Below are positions 26,175-39,337 of a DNA stretch of 64,000 bases, piece after piece (position 1 is the stretch's first letter; each line of letters starts with the position of its first letter). Under the pieces are notes generated by a model that saw only the letters and a list, made by a program, of their open reading frames with translations, did not search any database and had not been told where the DNA came from. A program made the position numbers and the translations under genes. This stretch comes from Octopus bimaculoides (lineage: Eukaryota). The stretch spans positions 162,823,912 to 162,887,911 of the forward strand of contig NC_068983.1 of the NCBI RefSeq assembly GCF_001194135.2. Reading direction: 5' to 3'.

Positions 26175-26735
26175 ATCTATTATCTATTACTTGTTTCAGC
26201 CATTAGACTGCGGCCATGCTGGGGCACCGTTCTCAAGAATTTTTAGTCGACTGAATCGATGACCCCAGTACTTGCTTTATTTCAGCCTGGTACTTATTCT
26301 GTCCATTCCTTTTGCCGAACCCCTAAGTTATGGAGATGCAAGTACATTGATACTGTTTGTCAAGTGGTGGTAGTGGAGGGGGGAAACTCAGACACACAGA
26401 CATACATGCAAATATACACACACACAGACACACACACACATGCGCACACACACATGCGCACACACACATTCACGTACACACATATGCACACGCACACATA
26501 CACGTACACACACATGCACACACACATTCACACACACACACACAAACACATATACACTCAGGCACACAATTATATACGATGGGATTCTTACAGTTTCCGC
26601 CTATCTACCGAATCCACTTACAAGGCTTTAATTGACTCGAGGTTATAGTGGAAGTAACTTACCCAAGTCGCCACAGTAGGATTGAACACGGAACCATATG
26701 GTTGGGAAGCAGACTTCTTACCACACAGCCGCATT
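26175..26735 (-). mobile_element. Family B SINE with expanded (CA)-rich middle
   Basis: Head, core and tail recognisable. Confidence 0.88.
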
Positions 26736-26985
26736 TGTATATATAATGTATACACACGTATATATATGTATGTATATATCCATTGAAGTAAACCATTAAA
26801 ACAAATTACATACTTTAGTTATCTAATTGTTATGTTGGTTTTATTAACAACAAATAATTTTAATAAGTCAAAGCAAAACAAAACAAAATAAAAGAAAAAG
26901 AATATAAAACAGACAAAAATCGAACAAATATTCTCTGTGAAGATTCCACAAAACATTGATTATATTAGGGTATGCATCGATAATA

Positions 26986-27115
<130 letters not shown>

Positions 27116-27744
27116 TAATATTATAGCGAAACAAAAGTTGGAATAATGTTTCTGTAAATCTAGGGAATGCTATGATTGTATTTATAACGAGAACACTGTG
27201 AAGTATTTTATCAACAAATACGAGTCGGGATATAATTATCTGTAAATAAAACAAATCAACTTTGGGAAAATATCATTCTTAACAAATACAATAAATTAAT
27301 TACCAAGAAATATTATATAAAAATCTATGTATTAAAGAATGGCAATAAAAAAAAAACAATGTTATTATTAATAAATACACAATATAGATAATTTTATTAT
27401 CCGTATAGAAATTTTTGAAAATTTAATCAGGAACAAATAAAATATTTAGAAATAAAATTATCGGTAAATGCGGTAAGGAAATGTAGTTATGAAGAAACAC
27501 GCTATATAAAGCAGCTAATTATTCAGATGAACACAATAGAAATGGAATTATCAAGATTCTAACAGATTAATAAAATATATTAAAATAATTATGAATTTAT
27601 GTATAATGCCTGATATAGAATAATTTATCGAATATAGCGTGTAATCCATTAATCTTGTGGATCGAGCGTTAATACAGGTTAACTACTTCAAATTGGGCAA
27701 TTTGTCATCCGGCTCCACTGCTGATTTACAATGTAATTGTGTGG

Positions 27745-27824
<80 letters not shown>

Positions 27825-27930
27825 CAGACACAGAGAGAAAAAGAACGAGAGAAATATAGGGTGGGTGGGGAGAATTGGCGAGTTGTGCAAGAACATGAAA
27901 CATGATAAATCTTGAAAAATTTACCCTTCC

Positions 27931-28198
27931 GTTCTAAGATATGTCGCTATATACCTCAATATTCTGAAGGTTGCAGATATCAATACCTACCAATTCTGTT
28001 CTGAGAAACGTCGATATGTATCTCAATATTCTGGAGGTTGCAGACTCCAAGATCTACCTATCCTGTTCTAAGATATGTCGCAACGTACCTCAATATTCTG
28101 GAAGTTATAAGCACCAAGATTTACCGATTCCGTTTTACGACATATCGCTATGTACCTCAAAATTCTGGAGGTCGCAGACGTCAAGATCTACCAGTTCT
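27931..28198. repeat. 67-bp minisatellite, 4 diverged copies
   Basis: Units start at 27931, 27998, 28065 and 28132 (gttctaagatatgtcgc...ctcaatattctgg...caagatctacc). Confidence 0.93.
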
Positions 28199-28294
28199 GC
28201 TTTAGGAGGTTACACATGCCAACGTAAACCAAAACAACTATTTGGCAAAGTGCTTGTTTCTACTTCAAATTATTCATAATATTTCATAGCTGTA

Positions 28295-28510
28295 AGGTGG
28301 CGAGCTGGCAGAATCGTTAGCACGCCGGGCAAAATGCTTAGTGGCATTTCGTCCTTTATGTTCTGAGTTCAAATTTCACCGAGATCTACTTTGCCTTTCA
28401 TCCTTTCGGGGTCGATAAAATAAGTAATAGTTAAGCCCTGGGGTCGATGAAATCGACTTACACCCTCCCCCGAAAATTGCTGGCCTTATGCTAAAATTTA
28501 AAACCAATAT
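28295..28510 (+). mobile_element. Family A SINE, tail type 3
   Basis: TSD atatt(t/c)catagctgt on both sides. Confidence 0.92.
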
Positions 28511-28759
28511 TCCATAGCTGTTTACCTTTTTCTCTAAATTACAACTTGAATTATTCACAGAGTATTGTAAAAGATGGGGATAACATGATGAACAGCAGAA
28601 TTTGTAGAGATCCGCAGGAAAGAACTTATAACATTCAACTCTAAGTTGTGATATGCAGTCTAAGAATACAATGAACAAGAAACATATTTCCTAATAATTC
28701 TTCAATAAATCAGACAACATCCTACCACTATTATTACTGGTACAAATTGTACAGACGAT

Positions 28760-29110
28760 AGAGCTCTTCAAATACTATCAAGTAACTAGACACAACTTCA
28801 TTTAGTCAATGATGGCAGTAAGACTGAGTTTATAGATTTTCAATTAACCAAAAGAAGACATTAAATGATCAAAGAATGCCAACATGGAATGTGTAAATTA
28901 CTTCAAATATCTGGGATTATGGATAGAAAGTTCAAAGAGAAATATTGAAGTAAAAGTTGAATTGGTATGGTCAGTAACGAGCAAGATGTCCACAAAATGG
29001 GAAACAAATCTGTCTAATGAACTCAAAATATAGTTTTTAAATTTACTATAGACAGCAGATTGATATATGGAAATGAATGCTGGGTACTTAAGATAGCAAT
29101 TAGTACCTAA
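28760..29110 (+). mobile_element. RTE-clade LINE RT/thumb fragment, decayed
   Basis: CVNYFKYLGLWIESSKRNIEVKVELVWSVTSKMSTKWETNLSNELKI...LIYGNECWVL. Confidence 0.8.
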
Positions 29111-29308
29111 AATTACAACCTGCACAGAGGACCGTACTCCTGACATGTAAATGTGACTCTGGCGTTGGTTCTGTAATTTTTTGATAATTCTTCGTATTGT
29201 GTTGGGATGTGCTTCCTGCTACTTCGTCTCCTTAGGTTTGATGGAATATAAAGAGTGAAAGGCAAACTACTTGGAACTCTGGTGGCTTGTTTGTTTGTGT
29301 GTGTGTGT

Positions 29309-29348
<40 letters not shown>

Positions 29349-29744
29349 AAGTGAGTGAATGTGTGTGAGTGTGTGTGTCTATATCTCTGTGTAGGTCTGT
29401 GTGTGAGAAAAGGTGAATGATTTATAAGTTCCTGCTCTCCTTTATATTCGTTCTGTCTTTCCCTTCCTCTTTTCTTCTTCGTAGGCTAACCAAAGGAAGC
29501 ATGGGCGCGTATGTGGAATTTAGTATTGTAGCTTTGGCACTTTACTGAATGTCAGAACTCATCTTCTTTCATCAGCTTTTGACTGAAAGTCAAAACGGTG
29601 TCTGCACATTAATCGAAAAACTTGCAAACTCGCTTCAGTGTGCGTGTCTGACTTTGGTGTCAAGGATGGTAACAAATATATCAAATTAAAGCAATAATTA
29701 TGTTACACACACGCACACATGTACATATACATATACAGACATAC

Positions 29745-30420
29745 ATGATATGGCTAGACTATAAGACAGTGGTCGACTCTGTACCTCGCTCATGGGTGAT
29801 ACAGTCACTACACCTTGCCAAAGTGTCAGCTGCTATACTGAATGCCATTGAAAGTCTGACCACAACATGGTCCAAACAGCCATCACTGACAACTACTAAA
29901 GCAACCCGTTATTGTTGTAAACAGAATTAAGCTATCAACAGACATATTCCAGGGTGATTGTTTATCTATAATGCTGTTTGTACTGGCAATGAATCCCTTG
30001 TCTGCCTTGTTAAAATGCCAAGACTACATGCTGGGCTATGAAGAAAAGAATACAATTAATGTCACCCATACATTTTTTGTTAATGTCCTAAAGTTATATT
30101 TTAGTAACATGATTAGCATCAAGAGATAATTAAAACTAGTCATAAGACACAATAAGTTATATGGTAACCGAGGAAAGATTGTTGACCAGGCAGAGAGCAT
30201 GTACAGCAATGGCTTTTCTTTCTCCCTTAATTTTAATGATTAAAGCTGCAAACACCGCAGGGTTGATGAGAATTTTGCGTACATTAGTGCTCTGGCTAAA
30301 GCCAAAATAACGAAAGAGTTCTGTCGACTCTAGAAAATATGAGACTCTGAGAATCTTATGTGAATAGATGCAGACTCTTGGGTGCCTGCATCGACAGTTC
30401 AAGCAACACCAACTCAAGCA
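29745..30420 (+). mobile_element. R4/Dong-type RT fragment, decayed
   Basis: MIWLDYKTVVDSVPRSW...DIFQGDCLSIMLFVLAMNPLS...RGK...KAKITKEF. Confidence 0.82.
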
Positions 30421-30707
30421 CACATTTACAAACACCGAGAAATCTCTTGACTGAAAAAGTCTTGTTGCTTTGTTAGTAGCCGGCTTGAACACTCTCAAGA
30501 AGTTAAATTCAAAGAAAATTCACACGCACACGCACACACACATAAGCTCACGCGCGCGCGCACACACACACACACGCGCACACACGCACACACACATACA
30601 CACACACACACACATGTATATATATACATACATATATGCATACATACTTAACATACATCTTGATATATAAGCAATATTTCCCATATCAATATTATATCAA
30701 GGATATT

Positions 30708-31160
30708 AAGATTGCGAGCTGGCAGATAGTTAGCACGCCGGGAAAAATGATTAGCGGCAGTTCGTCCGTCTTTATGTTCCAAGTTCAAATTCCGCCGAGG
30801 TCGACTTTGCCTTTCATCCTTTTGGAATCGATAAAATGAGCACCAGTCAAGCACTGCGGTCGATGTCATCGACTTATCCTTCTACCAAAATTTCAGGACT
30901 GGTGCCTCTGGTAGAAAGAAATATTATATTAATATAAGGACATTAAAGCAACGTGCTGACAAAATCGTTAATAAGCTGGACAAAATGCCTTGCGGTATTT
31001 CATCCGTTTTTATGTTCTGAGCTCAAATTTCGGCGAGGTTGACGCTGCCCTTCATCTTTTCAGGATCGATAGTATAAGTACCAGTTGTGTACTGGGAGTC
31101 GATCTAATCGACTTGCCCACCCCACGAAATTCCTGCCCTTTTTGCAAAATTTGCAAACCT
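30708..31160 (+). mobile_element. Two tandem family A SINEs (30708-30920, 30945-31160)
   Basis: Head and core motifs occur twice; the second copy is more diverged. Confidence 0.85.
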
Positions 31161-31219
31161 ATATTATACGAGGATATTGTGAGACGTTTATTATATGGCA
31201 GACGTTAGATTATATACAG

Positions 31220-31660
31220 CAATATCATGTTATGGTGCTTCCAGGCTAAACTACCACAGTAAAACACTTCAATGTTTTAGCCGTTCCTGGCTAATCGCAA
31301 TACATAATGAGCGATGTCATAGCTTCCAAATGAAACCGAAATCTGATTGAAGCAGAGAAATGTATTAAATATACTACTCATGCCTTAATGTAGAATGCAT
31401 CATCTAATCTAGTCAGAAATTGCTTCCTGAAAGTGTTCAAGAAGACAGGAACGTAGTTACTCTACATAGAGAAAGTAGTATTGCTGTATAAAATTACTAA
31501 ATTGGAATGAATTAGTAACATAATTCTGGCATTGAACATGAAACTAGCAAGAGGATAGAATGCAAATTAATTTGTTAGAAACAGGCCTGACGGAGAGTGG
31601 AAAGCATTAGAAGCAGTGGAAAGCTTCGTATTAATAGCAGGAGGATATATAATTGATATA
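31220..31660 (+). mobile_element. Possible highly decayed R4/Dong fragment
   Basis: Remnants FNVLAVP and MKPKSD only. Confidence 0.35.
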
Positions 31661-32283
31661 ATGACCAGCTCATGTTTACCAATTTTTTTCTTTTTATCAT
31701 TCTGGCATCGGCTCCACCATCTTCTTTATTTGCTATTCGAAAGTCAATGTTTCTGTTTGGTTGCAAAAGTAAAGATTTAGCCAAAATAAACGGACGTAAT
31801 GCCTCTTTACCTGAAGGAATATATATAAACACAATAACGATTAACTACGATATTCTTGAGATAAGTTTGCGTAAACAATTTTTTTTTATTGCTTGAGTGT
31901 ATGCAAATAAGTAGGAAACTACTGGAAAACGGCAAAGGAAAGCAAACTATTCTTCTATTATTGAGATGTATTTTTACCGAAAGACAACAAGAATGGCGAC
32001 AATTTTGCTTCCATTATTCTTTACTGAAACCTGATGTATTATCTACCTCACCCTATCCCTCACTCTCTTCTTCTCAACTTCTTTCTCTTCTTCTCTTTCT
32101 CGTTTATTTATCTGTCTACCTCACCCCCACGCCCCGCATACATGTAAAATACAAAGTTGGCAGATAAATAGTTTTATTTAGTATACATTTGTGAACAACA
32201 TCAGTCGAAATACATTTATTTGATTTTATATTCGATAAAAATAAGAATAATGGAGGAAAGTGGTTTAACCATTGCTTCTGTAG

Positions 32284-32370
32284 ATCCACCGAGATCAGTG
32301 AGGTCAGTGCGGATGGTGCTGCTGTTCTTGGACAACTGAATACTGACAAAGGCTGGGAAAAAGATGGACA
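32284..32370 (+). CDS. Candidate 87-nt coding exon of an unknown gene (STEISEVSADGAAVLGQLNTDKGWEKDG)
   Basis: Acceptor ttgcttctgtag, donor CA|gtaaga; only one frame open, phase 2-2, in-frame stop immediately inside the intron. No recognisable homology. Confidence 0.25.
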
Positions 32371-32499
32371 GTAAGAGTGGCTCGAAGAAGAAGAAGAAGA
32401 AGAAGAAGAGAGAGAGAGGAGCTGGTCATTTGCGTTCAAGTGGAGAAGGCATGAGTTGAGGCAGCTTCGTTGATCAGAAGTCACAGTAGTAGTAGATGT

Positions 32500-32545
32500 A
32501 CTAGTAGTTGTAGCAGCAACAGCAGCACAGCAGCAACAGCAGCAA

Positions 32546-32584
<39 letters not shown>

Positions 32585-32655
32585 TCGTAGTAGTAGTAGT
32601 AGTAGTAATAGTAATAGTAGTAGTAGTAGTAGTAGTAGTAGAAGAAGAAGAAGAA
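32500..32655. repeat. Compound triplet array (AGC)-(AGT)-(AGA)
   Basis: Direct reading. Confidence 0.95.
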
Positions 32656-33684
32656 GAGACCGATTGACTGTCACTCATTCGGAGTAGGTTTTATTTAAAT
32701 AAAGTCTAGGATATTCATGTGTTACATTAGATTCGTTCTAGACGAGGGGGAGGGACAGCATTACGATATGTGTGTGTGGGTGAAGGTGTTAGGGTGTTGC
32801 GCTCACGGTAGCTAGATCATNNNNNNNNNNNNNNNNNNNNNNNNNNNNNNNNNNNNNNNNNNNNNNNNNNNNNNNNNNNNNNNNNNNNNNNNNNNNNNNN
32901 NNNNNNNNNNNNNNNNNNNNNNNNNNNNNNNNNNNNNNNNNNNNNNNNNNNNNNNNNNNNNNNNNNNNNNNNNNNNNNNNNNNNNNNNNNNNNNNNNNNN
33001 NNNNNNNNNNNNNNNNNNNNNNNNNNNNNNNNNNNNNNNNNNNNNNNNNNNNNNNNNNNNNNNNNNNNNNNNNNNNNNNNNNNNNNNNNNNNNNNNNNNN
33101 NNNNNNNNNNNNNNNNNNNNNNNNNNNNNNNNNNNNNNNNNNNNNNNNNNNNNNNNNNNNNNNNNNNNNNNNNNNNNNNNNNNNNNNNNNNNNNNNNNNN
33201 NNNNNNNNNNNNNNNNNNNNNNNNNNNNNNNNNNNNNNNNNNNNNNNNNNNNNNNNNNNNNNNNNNNNNNNNNNNNNNNNNNNNNNNNNNNNNNNNNNNN
33301 NNNNNNNNNNNNNNNNNNNNNNNNNNNNNNNNNNNNNNNNNNNNNNNNNNNNNNNNNNNNNNNNNNNNNNNNNNNNNNNNNNNNNNNNNNNNNNNNNNNN
33401 NNNNNNNNNNNNNNNNNNNNNNNNNNNNNNNNNNNNNNNNNNNNNNNNNNNNNNNNNNNNNNNNNNNNNNNNNNNNNNNNNNNNNNNNNNNNNNNNNNNN
33501 NNNNNNNNNNNNNNNNNNNNNNNNNNNNNNNNNNNNNNNNNNNNNNNNNNNNNNNNNNNNNNNNNNNNNNNNNNNNNNNNNNNNNNNNNNNNNNNNNNNN
33601 NNNNNNNNNNNNNNNNNNNNNNNNNNNNNNNNNNNNNNNNNNNNNNNNNNNNNNNNNNNNNNNNNNNNNNNNNNNNNNNNNNNN

Positions 33685-33723
<39 letters not shown>

Positions 33724-33726
<3 letters not shown>

Positions 33727-33920
33727 TCTTTATTTGTCCCCGCCACCATCGCCTGACAACCGATATTGGTGTGTTTACATCCCCGTAACTTAGCGGTTTG
33801 GCACAAAAGACCAATAGAATGAGTACTAGGTTTACAAGAATAAGTTCTGGGGTCGATTTGTTCGACTAAAAGCAGTATTCCAGCATGGCCGCAGTCAAAT
33901 GACTGAAACAATTAAAAGAA
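33724..33920 (+). mobile_element. Family B SINE 3' half (5' part lost in gap)
   Basis: Tail ccagcatggccgcagtcaaatgactgaaac. Confidence 0.9.
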
Positions 33921-34360
33921 TATGTATATGTGTGTGTGTGTGTGTGTGTGTAGGAAATATGCTCTCCAAATTATGACTACAAAGAAGGCTCTTAACCGTT
34001 TAAAAATTAAACCCCCAAATTCCTGAAATTACCTCCAAGCGAAACACCTATGCCAAGTTCTAAATCAGCCTAAACTAGGCGATGCAGAAATCATAAAAGA
34101 ATATTGTGAAATGTTCAACATTTACCATCTTGAGGAGATTCGGATGTTTGCCATCAAGACTCTAAAAAACGAGAAATCACCTCGACCATTTCTGTGCAAC
34201 CCATCAAATGCCCCTCAGTAAGTCCTGCTATCTTTAAAGGAGACGACATGTATTTATCCACCAAATCTTAAAATATCCTACGGCCGGAATATTAAATGTG
34301 GATCAACCAAGCTCATACTTCTGTTGACCTAGGGTATTGAATCTATAAATTAACGATATT

Positions 34361-35202
34361 TACAAGGTGGTATGTAAAAATTCCTGGACTAGCTCTGTAA
34401 CGCGCCAACAGATGGCAGCACACAGTTGCGTGCGAAGTGAGAGCTAGCAGTAGCTCTCGTGAGGCAGTGCGCCGAGTGACATCGCTGTGTTTACTTCGCA
34501 AGTTGTGATATTTGTGTTTCTGTGATCACGTGTATGTTGTTGCCTGCGATTTTGTCATGGACAGGAACGAAGAACAAACACGAAATTTTGCGTTTAGCTT
34601 GGGAAGTCTGCTACAGAGACATTGAGCCTGCTTCGGCGACGAGGAAATGGGTCGTACGCAATGTTTTGAGTAGCAAGGATACTTTCAAAAGCGGAAGAAC
34701 GTCCATGGAAGATGGTGAGCGATCTGGAAGTCCTGCCACGAGCGTCATTCCCAGAAATGTGGTATTGTGCATCGAGAATTCGCCCCCCCCACCCAGGTCC
34801 AGACCGTCAATCGAGAGTTTTGACGCATTTGAGGGGAGGACATTCGACGAAAGCGACCGGATGTGTGGAACGTGAAGAATTCGATCCTTCACCAAGCTCT
34901 CCTCCTCATTCGTGAGCTTTCTTGCCAAACACAAGATGCTCTCACTTCTGCACCTGCTCTGTTCGCCAGATTTAACTTACATCTCTTCGTCAAGATCAAA
35001 TTCGAGATCCAGAATGAATCACTCAAGGTCCTCGACTCGCTTACGGAAAACGACTTCTAGGCCGGATTCCAAAAGTGCTAAGAATGCCGGAACAGGTGTA
35101 TTGCTACACAAGGTGACTATTTCGAAGGAGATGATGTTAAAACTTAGGTAAATAAGTTATTTTTATATAACTAATCTGGGAACCTTTTGATAGCACCTGG
35201 TA
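34361..35202 (+). mobile_element. Mariner DNA transposon, internally deleted and decayed
   Basis: Imperfect about 30-bp TIRs with TA ends. Transposase remnants FKSGRTSMEDGERSG.PATS (HTH region), FLAKH...H..CSPDL (YSPDL motif) and CIATQGDYFEGD C-terminus. Confidence 0.9.
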
Positions 35203-36349
35203 TGTTAACTCTGCTCAAGCAAAACTCAGTGGATGGTTTAACGGGAACTGTACAACCCACAACAACGTTCATTTTATATACATTGGCTGTAAATCTATGG
35301 CGTTTTACAGATCTCAACATGTCGGTTTAACAGTCTTTAACTGGCTTTCAATAGTAATCCATCATATACAGTCAAAGCCTTAGATATATAAAGGCGGAGA
35401 AATGTAATATAAGATTCATTACTTCCTGAAGGATATTATCAACTTGGAACTTATACCTATACATTCATAGATTTTCTACCCGGCTGATATCTGCTTGGAA
35501 TAATGGACAGCTTCAGTTGATTCTGATATGGATATCAATTATGAATGTAAGAATTTTCAGTTTTAGCATAATCCGATATTTCATATGAGAACAATGCGTG
35601 TGTATGTACAGAGAATGCTGGATTGCGTCCACACCGTATTTCTGGGAGCGAATTTATCAAAATTCAGTCTCACAGGAGTAAGTATCTGTCACGCGATTTT
35701 GCCAAATTTACTTTTTGAATATATTTAAAAGGAAATGGTATTCATCGTGTTAACATATTTGTTTGAGAAATTCAAATCTTACCCAACAGAATTCATTGAT
35801 ACTCTGCGTTCCTATATTGATCGCGAGTAAATACATGCATTTATGCATATAAACAGACGTTCTTACACAAAGCTACATATGGCGCCGTTCGAGAGATTCA
35901 TACCAGTGTAAACGTATATTCTTTGCTGTTTGAGAAAAAAATGCTATCTCCCAAATATGTATAAAGTCTGTTTTGTTTCAGATCAAAGGAAAGTTATTCA
36001 AATATTATGACATTATTGAGAACGAAACTTTAACACAGCGTGCAGAATATCAGTGTAAACAGCTTGGACTTAGTGAACAACACGAAGAAAAATAGTAACA
36101 TTAAGAACAAAACGATAAAACAATAAGAAAAGAACAAAAAAAAAATACACAGATTCTTAACTGTGTGAAATAACAAAAAAACAAGACAAAAAAACTTGAT
36201 ATATTTTGTTTAACTGAAAAAAGTATAAACAAAGATATCAACAAAAGTGAAAAAGTATACTTGATAGAAAACGAGTGTTTTTTCTCGCCGAGTTATTAAT
36301 CAGGAGAAATGAAGGCAGAGAATTTTAATGAAAGATTACCGTTGTTTTT

Positions 36350-36560
36350 GTTGTCGCTGTTTGTCGCAAGGTCACGTCCTGGGCTGACTTGTAATCATAG
36401 TCACTCTAGTGATGCCCATCCAGTCTGATTTTGTATACTTTGGATATCATTGTCCAGTGTGTCTTCTTTTTAAGACGTCAGAGTGTAATTTGAGGAAAAT
36501 TTGGTTACTGTTTCTAGCAGGTCGGGAAACCGCATTGAGACTCACTCGTTAGTTCAAAAA
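36350..36560 (-). mobile_element. Ancient interspersed repeat tail (related copies 39350-39540 +, 39900-39990 -, 57240-57370 -)
   Basis: Shared motif 'tttgagg(g/a)agattt(g/c)gctgctatttcta(g/a)cag.tcgagc'. Confidence 0.6.
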
Positions 36561-37654
36561 GTTGAACATGAAATCAAAGGTTGAACAACAGATATGACTC
36601 AGTCGTTAGTCGGAATTAGAGATCGATTCCATTGGCAGAACGATATGTGTACCGATATGAAGCTGAATATTCTGTGTATTGATCTGGCATCTTAGACAGA
36701 TCAATGAAGCACAGCAGTGACAATGTGTAATGTTAAAAAACACAAAACAGATTTATGACAACGGAGGAAGGTTACACGATCGTGCATCAATTTATAAAAC
36801 AACTGCTAAAGCTACCGGAAATCCTATCTTACTGTCTTAGAAAATATAGGATACATTAAAAAACGATGTACAAACATATGAGGAAAGACAAAATGTTGGA
36901 TGGTTAACGTAGGAACACTTGTTATGGGTCGGCTTGATCGGGGCTGATATAGGGGCCAAACAACGATAGGGACGCTGATGACGACGTCAGCGACAATAGC
37001 CAACACCACAACAGAACGTCGATACTAAATTTAACTTCATGACTCATGATGGGATCTACAACTGTGTGTACGCTCACCTCTATAAATACACGAATTATGA
37101 ATAATTTATGTGATTATTAAATAATTTATCTTCTGTGTTAAATAGTACGTTTCCATTTATATCTGCAGCCAGCAGCAAGTTTTTTGGTGTGTAAGAAAGG
37201 TTTAATGCATAGAAAGTCACCATCGTTAAGTCTAAATTAATATTGTCTTGAACCAAGATGGTTATTTAGTCATAATATACAAGACAGGTCGTCAAAAGTT
37301 CTAGTTTCTGTCTTAAGAACCCAATTGTTTGAATTTTTAATAACGAAGTGTACTTAATTTTACTAATTACTCGTTTACTAATTTTGTTACTGTCAGTTTT
37401 TTTAATACAGAGTATTATTATTATTAAAACTGACATTTTTCATTTTTAACGGGGAAAAAAATCAGTTCATTAAGAGCTGCCTCAAAAGTTTTAGTAAAAA
37501 TAAACTAGGATTTCGTAACATGTAGCTTCGTAACATGTAGCTTCAAGGAATTGGTGATACAGTAATGATTATAGTTACTGAAGTGTGTTGTTATTTAAAA
37601 GAACTACCGCTTCATCATTTGTTAGTGATTGATCACACAGTAACTCATTTACTC

Positions 37655-37872
37655 TTTTATTCTTTTACTTGTTTTAGTAATTTTACTGCGGCCATGCTGG
37701 AGCACCGCCTTTAGTCGAGCAAATCGTCCCCAGGATTTATTCTTTGTAAGCCTAGTACTTTTTCTATCAGTCTTCTTTTGCCGAACCGCTAAGTTACGGG
37801 GACGTAAACACACCAACATCGGTTGTCAAGCAATGGTGTGGGACAAACACAGACACACAAACATATACACAC

Positions 37873-37904
<32 letters not shown>

Positions 37905-38237
37905 NNNNNNNNNNNNNNNNNNNNNNNNNNNNNNNNNNNNNNNNNNNNNNNNNNNNNNNNNNNNNNNNNNNNNNNNNNNNNNNNNNNNNNNNNNNNNNNN
38001 NNNNNNNNNNNNNNNNNNNNNNNNNNNNNNNNNNNNNNNNNNNNNNNNNNNNNNNNNNNNNNNNNNNNTATATACGACGGGCTTCCTTCAGTTTCCGTCT
38101 ACCAAATCCACTCACAAGGCTTTAGTCGGCCCGAGGCTATAGTAGAAGACATTTGCCCAAGGTGCCACGCAGTGGGACTGAACCCGGAACTATGTGGTTG
38201 GTAAGCAGGTCACTTACCACACAGCCACTCCTGTGCC
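37655..38237 (-). mobile_element. Family B SINE, full length, gap inside the central (CA)n
   Basis: Near-consensus on both sides of the gap. Confidence 0.94.
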
Positions 38238-38504
38238 TATAACTGTTAATTATATCATTCTAATATTAACACCTTCGAGATTTACGAAGATGAAACAATA
38301 ATGTGTAAAGCCCAGATCTTTCTGAAAGGAAGTAGAAATTTAAGTGAATTGAAATAGAAAAAAAAAACAGAAACGAAAACAAGGTCACGAAAGTTTAATT
38401 TTGCGATCGAGTAAAGTGGATTAATTCTGGATTGGGTACAAATTACATTATGGAAGTGTATAATTTAATGAGCAACTGTTTTATATTAATGAGATATGTT
38501 ATAG

Positions 38505-38706
38505 TGGTTTCAAATTTTGGCACAATGCCAGCGATTTTTGTGGAAGGGGTGAGTCGAGTATATCAACCCCCAGAGCTCAGCTGATATTTATTTTATCAAC
38601 CCTAAAAGGATGACAGGCAAAATCGACCCCGGCGGAATTTGATCTCAGAATATAGCGACGGACAGAATGCCGCTAAGCATTATGCCCAGCGTGTCAACTC
38701 ATCGCC

Positions 38707-38766
<60 letters not shown>

Positions 38767-38980
38767 TTGGCTTTGAAATTTTGGCACAAGGCCAGCAAGT
38801 TCGGGGAAAGGGTAACTCGATTGCATCGACTCCAGTACTCAACTGGTACTTATTTTATCGACACCGAAAGGACGAAAGGTAAAGTCGACTTCAGTGAAAT
38901 TTGAACTCAGAAAGTAAAGACGGACGAAATACCGCTAAGCATTTTGCCCGGCGTTCTAACGATTGTGCCAGGTCACCTTA
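38505..38980 (-). mobile_element. Two family A SINEs (38505-38708, 38765-38980) separated by (AAT)n
   Basis: Core motif occurs twice. Confidence 0.88.
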
Positions 38981-39310
38981 TTGACCTATATTGATGGCAT
39001 GCTAGAAGATTTATGCACCACAGAAGAACAGCAAAGTGGGCCATGATAAGATCCCAATTTAAAGTACTTTATAATATTTAAGAGTATTTAAAGCACTAAG
39101 TATGACAAATCACTACTTTTAAAGAAAAAAATATTACTTTAATTTGTAACAAGGACTACATTAGAAGAAATAACTTTCATATATGACAAGTATTGAATTT
39201 ATTGAATAAAGACTGATGAAAAATAATGTCAAAGTTCGAAGGTTTTGAATTCAAAAGTAAAGGGGCCAGCTAAGATATCAGTATTTTAAGTAAACTCTTG
39301 TATTTTCTTC

Positions 39311-39337
39311 CTGATGAAGTGTCATTCCCGAAACGTC
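39311..39337 (+). ncRNA. Minimal hammerhead ribozyme core (Penelope type)
   Basis: CTGATGA-agtgtcattccc-GAAAC-GTC with palindromic ACGT stem III; stems I and II pair poorly. Confidence 0.5.

Noticed and set aside
27931-28198. CRISPR interpretation of the 67-bp repeat
   Set aside because: No unique spacers, eukaryotic context and no cas genes.
30157-30498. 113-aa minus-strand ORF
   Set aside because: Antisense of the decayed R4 RT fragment.
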